Shown here piece by piece: positions 17,986 to 27,711 of a stretch of DNA of 64,000 nt. The translations under genes were made by a program, and so were the position numbers. Source of the stretch: an uncultured bacterium. Its GTDB lineage: Bacteria > Electryoneota > AABM5-125-24 > Hatepunaeales > Hatepunaeaceae. Below the pieces are notes generated by a model. It was not told the origin of the DNA and ran no database searches. It saw nothing but the letters and a program-made list of their open reading frames with translations. The DNA is taken from the NCBI GenBank assembly GCA_964387885.1, contig CAYLYZ010000001.1, positions 175,903 to 239,902 on the forward strand. Reading direction: 5' to 3'. Every line of letters begins with the position of its first letter. Position 1 is the first letter of the stretch.

Positions 17986-18012
17986 GACCTAATCCTTAAA
18001 CTATTAAACAGA

Positions 18013-18052
18013 AAAAGCTTGTCCGAATTGTTATGTCGAACAAGCTTTTTCA
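18013..18052 (-). terminator. Rho-independent terminator for the upstream subtilase gene.
   Basis: The hairpin AAGCTTGTCCGAA-ttgttatg-TCGAACAAGCTT is followed by a T-run on the minus-strand transcript (CTTTTTCTGTTT). Confidence 0.6.
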
Positions 18053-18114
18053 AAGTTCGCAAACCTAAGTCTTCAAAGAGACGAATTTCAATTTATACCG
18101 ATCAGAATCCTTCA

Positions 18115-20751
18115 CTACTTGATCAACACTACTCTTTGCTCAATAGGTTGATATCCGGCTACATCAAGCTGAATCATATAAGTTCCAGAGGGCAACGCAT
18201 CTGCATTCCACTGCAAGTTGTTACTGCCGACTGAACCGATCCCCGATCCAATTGTAAGTTCGCGTCCATTCAGATCCAGCGCAGATATTCTGTATGCTGA
18301 TCTTCCGGGCAGCGTAAAGTTGAGCATTACTGAACTGTTGAATGGGTTGGGATATGCCGGGTTAAAGCTGTAGGTTAGCGGTATTCCAGCATCCAATGGT
18401 GATGATTCAGGATCTGGCATCTGACCGGTGAACCAGTTAAACAGGTTCTGCAAAACATCGGATTTGGGAGTTAACCTGTCATTTACAGATTCGAATGCGA
18501 AACCAAAATAGGCAGTTTTCGATTCATATCTCTCATCCTCTCTGTAAACACCACCCAGTCCAGTGACTTCTTCACCTACAGTGTAAACAACCAGACTATC
18601 CGCTCCGGCAACGGGCTGCATTGTTGATGGACTTAATCGTCCATCTCCTGCTTCACCCGCTCCAAAAAGCATCATAACGGTGTTATCAGCTACAGGACGA
18701 TTCCCACCAAGTCCGTTGACTAACATTGCTCGAACAGAATCCTGCTGATGATGGGCACCAAAGAAATTCCTGAGGAGTGATCTGTTTTCGGGATCATCAC
18801 CGACTCTCTTCCCTATCAATAAAATATTAGCACCTTCCTCAATACCTGACTGAATTTGGAATTTATCGAGCTCATCCAAAGGTTCTAAAGAACGTCCGGT
18901 AGACCAGATCACCATTGGATAATCTGTTATAGTCATCAAATCCGGAGTAAAGTCCTGCTCCACATCCCAATGAACCCAACCTTTATCCAACTCTTCAATG
19001 GATCTTTTAAACCATCTCTCAGTATCCCCACCTTCGTCATCATCAACTATCAGGATATCCGGATGACCTATAACAACCGGGAATGTTTCCTCAATAAAGA
19101 GTTGGCCGGGTTCTGCATTAACTGTTACCTTAATTGTAGTTGAATGGGCAATCGCGTCAGGATTAACATTTATTGTAAATGGATCTTCTTCGTTTAAAAA
19201 GCCGTCACCCTGGTCAATATCAGGAAATTCAATAGAAGCCTCCTGGAAAGTGAAGTCGAGATCTTCAGAACTTAGACTTACAAATACATTCTCGGCTGCT
19301 GTGCTATGCTCTCCATTTACAATTTCGACTGCAACTCTGACCGTCTCGCCAGGATCAAATTTACCGTTTTCGTTGTCATCGGCAATTACTTCAAGACTCT
19401 CGACTGTTAAAACCGGAATTGCACTCAGTCTCATGGATGCATGTGCATTTATTCTTCCAGCCCCCATAAGTCCGGCACGGTTACCAAGGTTTCCATCGAT
19501 ATCATCACATCCATCAACAATAAATCGCCAGATATCATCAATACTCAGATGTGGATAAGCAGCACGCATCAGGACTGCCTGACCTGCCACTAACGGACAT
19601 GACATTGATGTACCACTTGAGTTCCCATATCTTCCACCGGGAATCGTACTGTAAATATTCACACCGGGAGCACTCACATCGATATGTTCACCCCAGTTGG
19701 AGAAATTAGCCTTTCTATCACGATTGTCAGTAGCCCCAACAGACATTGCATGATCATAGTTGCTTGGGAAATGATCGTTATTAACGTTATCATTTCCTGC
19801 TGCTGCAATCACTAAGGCATCATGCTCATATGCGTAATTAATTACATTCTCTGCCCATCGTGCGCTTTGGTACCCACCCCATGAACAACTAATGACTTTT
19901 GCTCCCTCTCTTGCAGCATATTCGATACCCTGATAACCATAAACAACTGTTAGACCTGTACCGGTGCGGACTGCCATAATGCTGCAATCATATCCTATAC
20001 TGGAAATTCCGCGATTGTTATTGGTGATTGCAGATGCAATTCCTGAGCAATGGCTCCCATGTCCACTCTGGTCGTTGGGATTGTTATCCTCTCGGTGATT
20101 ATTCCCCTGCTGACCATTACCATAAAAATCCCAGCCGATTATGTCATCGACCTTTCCATTTCTATCATCATCTTCACCATTTTCCTCCTCATCAGGATTT
20201 GCCCACAGATTTCCCTCCAGATCTGCATGGTCAACATCAACACCGGTATCAATGATTGCTACTGCAACAGTTGGATCTCCGGTTGAGAAATCATGTGCAA
20301 GGTTGGCATCAATCAGGTCGAGATGATACTGCCTTCTACGTTCAGGATCATTGTGATCAAGACAAATTTTATCAATAAACCAGGGATCGGCATAATCAAC
20401 CACATCAAACTTGGTTAGATCATGGCATACATCCCTGACAGTAATAGTCTCCGGGAAATAAACGGTGTAAATTGTGGATAGATCCGTGCCGTTGGGAACC
20501 GGTGGCAAACAGTGTGGAAATGTTCGCTCAACCCATGTTGCATCTAATTGATCGAAATACTCATCTAATTGATCAATGCCCAGACGAGTGGATCCGTCTA
20601 TAGGAATTATTACATTAAATTCCGGATGCAATGAAAATACAGCAATACCTGGACGTAACGGCTGATCTTCAATTACATTACCAGCTTGTGTGTTATTAAT
20701 ACTTATCACGAGAAACAGTAATGCGAGTAGCACTATGTTTTTAGAACTCAT
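18115..20751 (-). CDS. Secreted subtilisin-like serine protease (peptidase S8) with a C-terminal T9SS sorting domain; paralog of the adjacent gene.
   Basis: It has a signal peptide MSSKNIVLLALLFLVISINNTQA and motifs DTGVD, GHGSHCSGIASA and GTSMSCPLVAGQAVLM. The C-terminal domain ends SGTYMIQLDVAGYQPIEQRVVLIK. Confidence 0.85.
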   Translation of the reverse strand: MSSKNIVLLALLFLVISINNTQAGNVIEDQPLRPGIAVFSLHPEFNVIIPIDGSTRLGIDQLDEYFDQLDATWVERTFPHCLPPVPNGTDLSTIYTVYFPETITVRDVCHDLTKFDVVDYADPWFIDKICLDHNDPERRRQYHLDLIDANLAHDFSTGDPTVAVAIIDTGVDVDHADLEGNLWANPDEEENGEDDDRNGKVDDIIGWDFYGNGQQGNNHREDNNPNDQSGHGSHCSGIASAITNNNRGISSIGYDCSIMAVRTGTGLTVVYGYQGIEYAAREGAKVISCSWGGYQSARWAENVINYAYEHDALVIAAAGNDNVNNDHFPSNYDHAMSVGATDNRDRKANFSNWGEHIDVSAPGVNIYSTIPGGRYGNSSGTSMSCPLVAGQAVLMRAAYPHLSIDDIWRFIVDGCDDIDGNLGNRAGLMGAGRINAHASMRLSAIPVLTVESLEVIADDNENGKFDPGETVRVAVEIVNGEHSTAAENVFVSLSSEDLDFTFQEASIEFPDIDQGDGFLNEEDPFTINVNPDAIAHSTTIKVTVNAEPGQLFIEETFPVVIGHPDILIVDDDEGGDTERWFKRSIEELDKGWVHWDVEQDFTPDLMTITDYPMVIWSTGRSLEPLDELDKFQIQSGIEEGANILLIGKRVGDDPENRSLLRNFFGAHHQQDSVRAMLVNGLGGNRPVADNTVMMLFGAGEAGDGRLSPSTMQPVAGADSLVVYTVGEEVTGLGGVYREDERYESKTAYFGFAFESVNDRLTPKSDVLQNLFNWFTGQMPDPESSPLDAGIPLTYSFNPAYPNPFNSSVMLNFTLPGRSAYRISALDLNGRELTIGSGIGSVGSNNLQWNADALPSGTYMIQLDVAGYQPIEQRVVLIK

Positions 20752-21226
20752 TGTTACCTCGTATTTTGTGACAACTACTTGGACTTGTTGTACGTTAATC
20801 TTCCAACATTATATAATACAATGTAAATCGGCAGAATGCAATTAAATATCAACTGCTAACATGAGAGTCTGCCAACCTGCACCTCTTTGTGTTTTGATTT
20901 GAGCTGACCATCCAGCATTACCAGGCGACCGAATTACCGAATCGTCAGGACGTGTAAGAACATCTGTCATAATATACTTACGGAGCCCGATGACTAAAAT
21001 TGGTGGGGAATTGGTAAGTAATGATAGCCCAACCTTTTAAAAGCTGCTCCCGGTTTTCCCAAGTTCTGAATCACTTTTCAGTTCCGCAGTGCAATCCTGT
21101 CTCTGAACCAGGGTTTCTCAACGGTGAAATATCATCCATTAACTAACCCAGAGGATTCGAAGGATCTTATTTCATAAAATGAAATTAAAAGTATCTCATC
21201 ACTGAAATGAAGTACTGCGGAGAGAA

Positions 21227-22024
21227 TTAGTGTTGACAAACAGGACAGAAAAATGTGCTTCGTTGAGACTGAACAATTCTCTCAATCTTGTTGCTGCATT
21301 TAGTGCAGTTTTGATCTTTTTTTGCATAGACTTTCAGGAATCCTGAAAAATCCCCTTCTCGTCCATTTGAGAGCTTAAAATCCTTGAGAGTTGTCCCATT
21401 TGCCCTGATTGCGGCTTTGAGTATTTTGCGAGTGGATTTGAGAACTGAGGCAAGTTCCTTTTTTGTGAAAGTTTTTGCCGGTTTTTTAGGATTGATTCCG
21501 GCATCGAAGAGTATCTCCGATGCATAGATATTTCCAATTCCTGCCACCACGGCCTGGTCAAGTAACACCGTTTTGATCGGAATTGATCTTTTGGATAATA
21601 ATGTTTGCAGGAACTCTGGTGTCAATTGGTCATCGAAAGGCTCCAACCCCATTCTTTTCCACGGATGATCATCCCTACGATTTACCCAGATACCTCCCAG
21701 AGTCCTCGGATCCCGGAAAAGAAGTCTACCATTTTCAAATCCGATAACAGCCCTTATATGGGAAGGTGTGTCCTCAAGCCCTTTTCGCCATAAAAGTGTA
21801 CCTGACATGCGCAGGTGGATATAAATGGTAAGTTTTTCTGTTGTTTCAAGTACCAGGTATTTCCCGCGTCGGGTAACCTTAGTGAATGTCAATCCGACCA
21901 AATGATTAAGTGAACCACTTCTGATTATTCTTGGCAGAAGGACTTCAATCCAGGTAACTTCATTGCCTTGAATTCGAGCAACCAAATCACGACGAACGGA
22001 TTCTACTTCCGGAAGTTCAGGCAT
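21227..22024 (-). CDS. mutM: Formamidopyrimidine-DNA glycosylase.
   Basis: The N-terminus MPELPEVE (catalytic Pro2/Glu3), the H2TH motif and the C-terminal CxxC...CxxC zinc finger (CTKCSNKIERIVQSQRSTFFCPVCQ) are present. Confidence 0.95.
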   Translation of the reverse strand: MPELPEVESVRRDLVARIQGNEVTWIEVLLPRIIRSGSLNHLVGLTFTKVTRRGKYLVLETTEKLTIYIHLRMSGTLLWRKGLEDTPSHIRAVIGFENGRLLFRDPRTLGGIWVNRRDDHPWKRMGLEPFDDQLTPEFLQTLLSKRSIPIKTVLLDQAVVAGIGNIYASEILFDAGINPKKPAKTFTKKELASVLKSTRKILKAAIRANGTTLKDFKLSNGREGDFSGFLKVYAKKDQNCTKCSNKIERIVQSQRSTFFCPVCQH

Positions 22025-22033
22025 GGTAAACTC

Positions 22034-22489
22034 TCATTCCTTTTCAGCTAACCGAGCAACAATCATTTCGAGAAATTCCTGATCTTCGGCATTAAATGGA
22101 TCTACTTCATCGCTATCAATATCAAGGACTCCGATGATCTCTTCACCTTTCATAACCGGGATAACTATCTCTGACCTTGTATTAATAAAGCATGCGAGGT
22201 ATCCCGGTTCGGCACGGACATCCGGGACGATAACCGTCTTGCCTTCATTAGCCGATAATCCGCAGATTCCTGTACCCTGTGGGATATGCACATGTTGAGT
22301 TGCTGTGGGACCAGACCAGGGACCCAGGACAAGGTCTCCGCCTTTTACCCAGTATATTCCCACCCAGTTATAGTATGGAACCTTTTCCCTGAGCCATCTG
22401 ACTACTGCACTTGAGATTGTCCTCTGAGAAGAGTCCCAGGGCAACTCATTCAAGGAGTTTTCCAATTTGCTAAATAAAATTCTCTCCAT
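22034..22489 (-). CDS. GAF domain protein (free methionine-(R)-sulfoxide reductase-like).
   Basis: A 151 aa protein with WVGIYWV...GTGICGLSANEGKTVIVPDV...EIVIPV, the fRMsr/GAF pattern. Confidence 0.7.
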   Translation of the reverse strand: MERILFSKLENSLNELPWDSSQRTISSAVVRWLREKVPYYNWVGIYWVKGGDLVLGPWSGPTATQHVHIPQGTGICGLSANEGKTVIVPDVRAEPGYLACFINTRSEIVIPVMKGEEIIGVLDIDSDEVDPFNAEDQEFLEMIVARLAEKE

Positions 22490-23415
22490 CAGCTATCCTT
22501 CATTTTATATTTTGTTGGTATTTCCAAACCAAAAATCCCGCTCAATGACCCGTTCAACAAGGCAAATATTGCGTGTATTTTACCTCGAAAAACCAATTGC
22601 ACTGAAATCACAATTCCTCCGATAAACCCAAAAAACAGGGGGAGAGTCCACCACCAATATGGAGCATGCTTCTTGAACAATAACAGCATGCTTCTGCTTC
22701 GATAAAACGCTTTGAATGGAGAGAGTTCCCCTCCCATCGAAGACGAAACCCTATGGAAACTCTTTAGTTCAGGATCAATCCATAACTCCCGGTCTGCTTT
22801 TCGAATTCTCAGGCTAAGGTCAACATCTTCAGAATACAATCCAAAACTCTCGTCAAATCCTCCGACCTCTTTTAAGACTGAGGTTCTCACCAGGAATATG
22901 CATCCGCTCAGGTAATCAGTTTGATTTAATTGCAAGTTTTTTGGTCTGTATGATCTCCGTAGAAAAAGATGTCCAACCGCACCAAGCCATATAAGTACAT
23001 ATCCTCCTCCATACCAGATAACATCTCGCTTATCATTATAGAGGATCACAGGTGTAACAGCTCCTGCTTTCGATTTGCTAATTAGTAGATCAACGAGTCC
23101 CGTAACAGTATTTGTCTCAACTGTCGCATCGCTGTTAATAAAGAGAATTAGATCTGCTGATGATTCATATCCAGCTTCAACTCCAAGATTGCAGCCTTTT
23201 GCAAAGCCAAGATTTTTCTCGTTTCGAATCAGGATTACATCAGGATATTCAGCGGCAATCTTATTTACCGAACTATCACTTGAATTGTTGTCAACAACAA
23301 TTACTTCTATTTCCGGATAATCGCTCTTTTTCAGCGATTCTATAGTTTCAAGTACTACCTCTCCCCCATTGAAGTTCACAATTACCGCGACTACTTTAGG
23401 TTTGAGATTAACCAT
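22489..23415 (-). CDS. Glycosyltransferase family 2.
   Basis: The N-terminal motif VAVIVNFNGGEVVLETIESL...VIVVDNNSSD is GT-A fold DxD-type, and there is a C-terminal TM segment. Confidence 0.85.
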   Translation of the reverse strand: MVNLKPKVVAVIVNFNGGEVVLETIESLKKSDYPEIEVIVVDNNSSDSSVNKIAAEYPDVILIRNEKNLGFAKGCNLGVEAGYESSADLILFINSDATVETNTVTGLVDLLISKSKAGAVTPVILYNDKRDVIWYGGGYVLIWLGAVGHLFLRRSYRPKNLQLNQTDYLSGCIFLVRTSVLKEVGGFDESFGLYSEDVDLSLRIRKADRELWIDPELKSFHRVSSSMGGELSPFKAFYRSRSMLLLFKKHAPYWWWTLPLFFGFIGGIVISVQLVFRGKIHAIFALLNGSLSGIFGLEIPTKYKMKDS

Positions 23416-24547
23416 TTTTTAACTCGCATATTTCACGGGAAAATTTGATGGTTTCGGTTGAATATTGACTCCAGCTCAGTTTTGCACACATCTGCTTTAT
23501 TCCTTCGGAGAGATCAGGATTCCTATAGTCAATAAAGAATCTCCGAATCGCATTTGCAAGTTGAGTTGGATCTCCAGGCTCAACGAGATAACCGCTTTGA
23601 TCCTCTGTTACTGCATCGGGAAGGCCACCCACACGGGTGGCAATTACTGGACGATTACACCGATATGCTATTGGAATAATCCCACTCTGTGTTGCTGACC
23701 TGTACGGCAGCACAACAACATCCGCAGCTCTGAACCATAATGCAACCTGTTCATTTGGAATATACTCATCTACCAATCTAATCTTATCCGGAGAAATTTC
23801 AGCGATCAACTTGTCAATCAGCTCCCTCTGTGAATATACTTCACCAACAACGATACATTTCAACCGGTCGACATCGCCCAGTCTTTTAACCGCTTTCAGT
23901 AATACATCTACCCCTTTGTAAGGACGGATTAATCCGAAATTTAAAATAACCCTGGCATTCTCTTCAATGTGCAAAGTTTTTCGAGCTTCCTGTCGAGAAA
24001 TTTTTTCACCTGGAAAAACATCATATATGGGATGAAATAAACTCAGAATCCGGGCATTTGGTTTAAGCTTTTTTAGATCTGTTATCTCAGTTCTGCTGTG
24101 AACTACATAGCCATCCATTTTCCCAAGTCCGAATTTTACTGCTCGTTTCCATAGAATACTCTTATCATGCGGGAGCACATTGTGACATATAGCAACTTTT
24201 GTAGTTTTCTTCCCGGAAAATCTGGATATTTCTCGATATGCCGGTCCGAAGAATGGGTGCCACCAGTGAAAGATAACTGTATCAGGTTCACTTTTTGTGA
24301 TGTATCTTCCCGTTCGGAGCCAGGAAAGTGGATTTAACGAGTCGAGTAATCGTACACTTTCAAACTCAATTTGAGAATTGCTCTTGTCGTATTGAGTCTT
24401 ACCAGGAAATAGAACACCGGGATAAAGACGGCTGAAATTTATGTATTGACAGGTATGTTCTTTAGCCAGCTCCTTTGCCAATCGGACACCGAATGCGGCT
24501 ATTCCACCGCGATAGGGATAAGCTGGTGCAACACATGCGAGATTCAT
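23408..24547 (-). CDS. Glycosyltransferase family 4 (GT-B, group 1).
   Basis: It has the GT4 C-terminal domain with the E-x7-E-like region (VVLPYRSATQSGIIPIAYRCNRPVIATRVGGLPD) in a 379 aa protein. Confidence 0.8.
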   Translation of the reverse strand: MNLACVAPAYPYRGGIAAFGVRLAKELAKEHTCQYINFSRLYPGVLFPGKTQYDKSNSQIEFESVRLLDSLNPLSWLRTGRYITKSEPDTVIFHWWHPFFGPAYREISRFSGKKTTKVAICHNVLPHDKSILWKRAVKFGLGKMDGYVVHSRTEITDLKKLKPNARILSLFHPIYDVFPGEKISRQEARKTLHIEENARVILNFGLIRPYKGVDVLLKAVKRLGDVDRLKCIVVGEVYSQRELIDKLIAEISPDKIRLVDEYIPNEQVALWFRAADVVVLPYRSATQSGIIPIAYRCNRPVIATRVGGLPDAVTEDQSGYLVEPGDPTQLANAIRRFFIDYRNPDLSEGIKQMCAKLSWSQYSTETIKFSREICELKNG

Positions 24548-25503
24548 TTTCCGGAATCCGGATGAATTGAATCGGAGTCATTTCGGAGAGAAAGTCTTTC
24601 TCGATGAGTGCGCTCTACAATCATTTCGGCTAACAAACCAAGGGTTATTAGTTGGACACCTGCAATCACACCAAGAATTCCGATTAAGAACAATGGACGG
24701 TTTCCAATCCAGATTCCATTAAACCACCCAATAACGAGATAAAGGATTATTCCGAGTCCGATTACTAAACTCATAAGCCCTAAACTACCGAATAAATGCA
24801 TCGGTTTTGTCACGAACTTCATCCGGAATAATAAAGTGATGAGATCGAAAAATCCTGCAATAAATCTATAAGCTCCGAACTTGGTCTTCCCATGCTTACG
24901 TGGATGGTGTTCTACTGCTAATTCACCTACTTTAAAACCCTGCATGTGTGATAGCACCGGGAGAAAACGATGTCTTTCTCCATAAACCGTCAATTCTTTA
25001 ACAACTTCATTTCTATAAATTTTTAAACCGCAGTTAAAATCATGTAGCTTAACTCCGGAAAAAAATCCGACTACGCCATTGAAAATCTTAGAAGGTAATG
25101 TCTTTGTTATCGGATCGTGCCTGATCTTCTTCCAGCCTGAAACAAGATCGTATCCTTTTTCGAGTTGATTAATTAGGTTTGGGATTTCTGCAGGATCATC
25201 CTGCAAGTCAGCGTCCATTGTCACAACATAGTTTCCAACTGCCGCTTGAAATCCAACTGATAATGCCGCAGATTTGCCCTGATTTCTTCTGAAGGTTAAC
25301 AACCGTACAGCTCTGTCGTGAGCACGGAATTCTTTAACCAGCTTATTCGAATTATCCGTTGATCCATCATCTATAAATATCAGCTCATATTGAGTTTCCA
25401 AATCCGACAGAACCGAAGTCAGCCGCCTGTACAATTCTGTCAGAGATCCTTCCTCGTTAAGGAATGGAATTATTACCGAAATGCCAAGTTCTGATTCTCC
25501 CAT
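24544..25503 (-). CDS. Glycosyltransferase family 2, polyprenyl-phosphate sugar transferase type (GtrB/ArnC/DPM1-like).
   Basis: Motifs ISVIIPFLNEEGSL...ELIFIDDGSTDNS and a C-terminal pair of TM helices are present. Confidence 0.8.
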   Translation of the reverse strand: MGESELGISVIIPFLNEEGSLTELYRRLTSVLSDLETQYELIFIDDGSTDNSNKLVKEFRAHDRAVRLLTFRRNQGKSAALSVGFQAAVGNYVVTMDADLQDDPAEIPNLINQLEKGYDLVSGWKKIRHDPITKTLPSKIFNGVVGFFSGVKLHDFNCGLKIYRNEVVKELTVYGERHRFLPVLSHMQGFKVGELAVEHHPRKHGKTKFGAYRFIAGFFDLITLLFRMKFVTKPMHLFGSLGLMSLVIGLGIILYLVIGWFNGIWIGNRPLFLIGILGVIAGVQLITLGLLAEMIVERTHRERLSLRNDSDSIHPDSGK

Positions 25504-26267
25504 TATTGAAAAGCCTCAATATCATTTTCGAGGGCCGAAAGGTAGTTGTATGTCAACGAGTTATACCGGATATTCAATTTTAACATCCCGGCAACTACGC
25601 TAATTTCTGTCACTTTGGTAGACTTTTTTGATTTATAGGAATAGTCTCTCTGATAGATGACAACGCCATCTATCAGTCGTACTTCCCGAATAACTCTCAG
25701 AGGTGAATACTCAATATTCAGCTTCATTTCATGGTTCTCTTCCTTGATCATCTTCTTCAAACTTAACTCTTCATCTAATCCCGAATTGGAACCTTGCAGC
25801 TCCCAGTTATCGGATTTTTGAATATCGAGCATAGGTACTAAGGCACGAGTCAGGGTTTGCAGCTCAGGAAAAACGAGATCAAATTTCGGAACCTCTATTG
25901 GCATTTCCATAGATCCTGTTTTTATACCACCAATAAGCTTTGAGTTAATTGTATACTCTTTCCCGTTTGTTGATATTTCACCCATTTCGATTCCGAGAGG
26001 ACCTGTGAACCGCAAATCCCATTCATCTGCGCCGTCATAATAAACACTTCCGTTCATTTTAAACTTTCTTGAAGGTGTGACTAATTCAAAAACACCTTCT
26101 CCCTCGAAATTACGGAACTCCGACCGTCTGCGCATTAGCTCATCAATAGCTTCTGGTGCTGAAGATGCTGAATATTCGGAAAACGGAATCTGAGGTGAAC
26201 AACTAATGAGCAAAATCAGAAAACATATAATGAAACTCTTACTTTGCCAATCTCTTGTACTTTTCAT
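25503..26267 (-). CDS. Hypothetical lipoprotein.
   Basis: I chose an internal start that gives a lipoprotein signal MKSTRDWQSKSFIICFLILLISCS. There are no recognisable catalytic motifs. It is adjacent to a TPR lipoprotein. Confidence 0.5.
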   Translation of the reverse strand: MKSTRDWQSKSFIICFLILLISCSPQIPFSEYSASSAPEAIDELMRRRSEFRNFEGEGVFELVTPSRKFKMNGSVYYDGADEWDLRFTGPLGIEMGEISTNGKEYTINSKLIGGIKTGSMEMPIEVPKFDLVFPELQTLTRALVPMLDIQKSDNWELQGSNSGLDEELSLKKMIKEENHEMKLNIEYSPLRVIREVRLIDGVVIYQRDYSYKSKKSTKVTEISVVAGMLKLNIRYNSLTYNYLSALENDIEAFQ

Positions 26268-27669
26268 TTTCAGGATCAAGCTCATAAGCTTTTCTCCAAA
26301 TTTCCTTTGCTTTTTCATTATCTCCACGAGCCTCGTGAATATACCCGAGATGCTCATAAATCTCAGCATTTTCTTCTACACTTTGAGAGGCCTTTAGTAT
26401 ATCCTGCAAAGCTCTGTCATAGTTGCCCATCTGGTAATGAACCCAGCCACGCGTATCAAGATATGTCGGATTATCCGGTTCAACCTTTAGAGCTTTTTCA
26501 ACCATATCCAGAGCATCTTCAAGTCGAAACTTTTGCATCGACAGCATATAAGCATAATTATTCAGTATCAATGGATTATCCGAATCTTGCAAAAGGGCGG
26601 CATCATATACTTCAGCACTCTTTTCCCAGTTCTTCTGATCATGGTATAAATATCCCAGAGATTGATAGGAGCTTAAGCGTGCAGAATCCAGAGCAATGGA
26701 TTGTTGCAAAGCTACAATAGCCTCTTCATAACGTTTGAGCGTTGTTAAAACATTACCATGCATTTCAAAAAAGAATGCCGATTCCGGAAAACTCTTAATT
26801 GCCTCTGAGGTTACATTTAATAACTCCTCATCTTCTTTCTGAAGATCGAGGGCACCCATCAAACTTGACCAGTATTTAAGTTCACCTGGTTCAATATTCA
26901 ATGCCGACCTGAAGAGTGTTTCAGCATCCTTGAAGTTTTTGTCATTCAGCTCAATACTACCCAGCAAGAATAAAACACTATGATTATCCGGGTCTATATC
27001 AAGTATCTTGTAAAATATCTTTTTTGCAGAATCAATATCTCTTTTCAAAATATGGATATGAGCAATTTTATCCAGTACCCAGGGCTGCTCTCCAAAATCC
27101 ACTAAAATTGAATTATATATTGTAAGGCTCTCATCAAGTCGATTCATCTTTGTCAGCACTAACGCAAATTGTTTTAACTCATTTTCATTCAGAGGTCTAA
27201 GTTGTTTCAATTCGTCGAATAATCTGACTGCCTGATGAAATTGTCCGGAATATACATAGCTCTGTAGAAGTGCAATTAGCAGCTCTTCATTTTCGGAATC
27301 TGACTTCCTGCCATTCTCAAGAAGAATCCCTGCTGCTTTGTGCTCCCCAAGCTTAAGATAAGTTTTTGCAAGTGAAAGAATTATCTCAACGGATTCAGGA
27401 TCATAAATATGCGCTAACTGATATTGGATGACAGCAAGATACATCTCACCAGCTTCCTCATGAATAGTTCCGTTCAGATAATATTCAATAGCCTCCTCTT
27501 TCTGTAATGAATCGGATATCTCAACCAATTGATTTATCAATTTCAGTTCAGGCTGCGTACTACTGCATCCAGTCATCATTAGAAACAGAAATAATATCTT
27601 TGCGGTTCTGATGGTAGTTCTATGAAGAGAATTCTGTTTTCCTAACACGTTTTTTATGTTTTTTATCAT
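26239..27669 (-). CDS. Tetratricopeptide-repeat (TPR) lipoprotein.
   Basis: It has a lipobox LMMTGCSS and many 34-residue TPR units (..AIEYYLNG.., ..YHDQKNWEKSAEVYDAAL..). Confidence 0.8.
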   Translation of the reverse strand: MIKNIKNVLGKQNSLHRTTIRTAKILFLFLMMTGCSSTQPELKLINQLVEISDSLQKEEAIEYYLNGTIHEEAGEMYLAVIQYQLAHIYDPESVEIILSLAKTYLKLGEHKAAGILLENGRKSDSENEELLIALLQSYVYSGQFHQAVRLFDELKQLRPLNENELKQFALVLTKMNRLDESLTIYNSILVDFGEQPWVLDKIAHIHILKRDIDSAKKIFYKILDIDPDNHSVLFLLGSIELNDKNFKDAETLFRSALNIEPGELKYWSSLMGALDLQKEDEELLNVTSEAIKSFPESAFFFEMHGNVLTTLKRYEEAIVALQQSIALDSARLSSYQSLGYLYHDQKNWEKSAEVYDAALLQDSDNPLILNNYAYMLSMQKFRLEDALDMVEKALKVEPDNPTYLDTRGWVHYQMGNYDRALQDILKASQSVEENAEIYEHLGYIHEARGDNEKAKEIWRKAYELDPENEKYKRLAK

Positions 27670-27711
27670 TTTTATTGCATACCTTTAAAACATCTTTATC
27701 AACTATATAAG

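Noticed and set aside
20752-21226. tmRNA, RNase P or 6S RNA in the 475 nt non-coding region, prompted by a GGATTCGAAGG segment and GGGCTCC.
   Set aside because: Neither the tRNA-like T-arm (GGTTCGAATCC) nor the RNase P CR-I/CR-V consensus is present intact. I cannot support a specific RNA family without a covariance search, so I report it only as an unusually long leader.
25503-26369. Full 288 aa ORF for the lipoprotein gene starting at 26369.
   Set aside because: That start would overlap the upstream TPR gene by 130 nt. An internal ATG gives a canonical lipoprotein signal peptide, so I used the shorter model.
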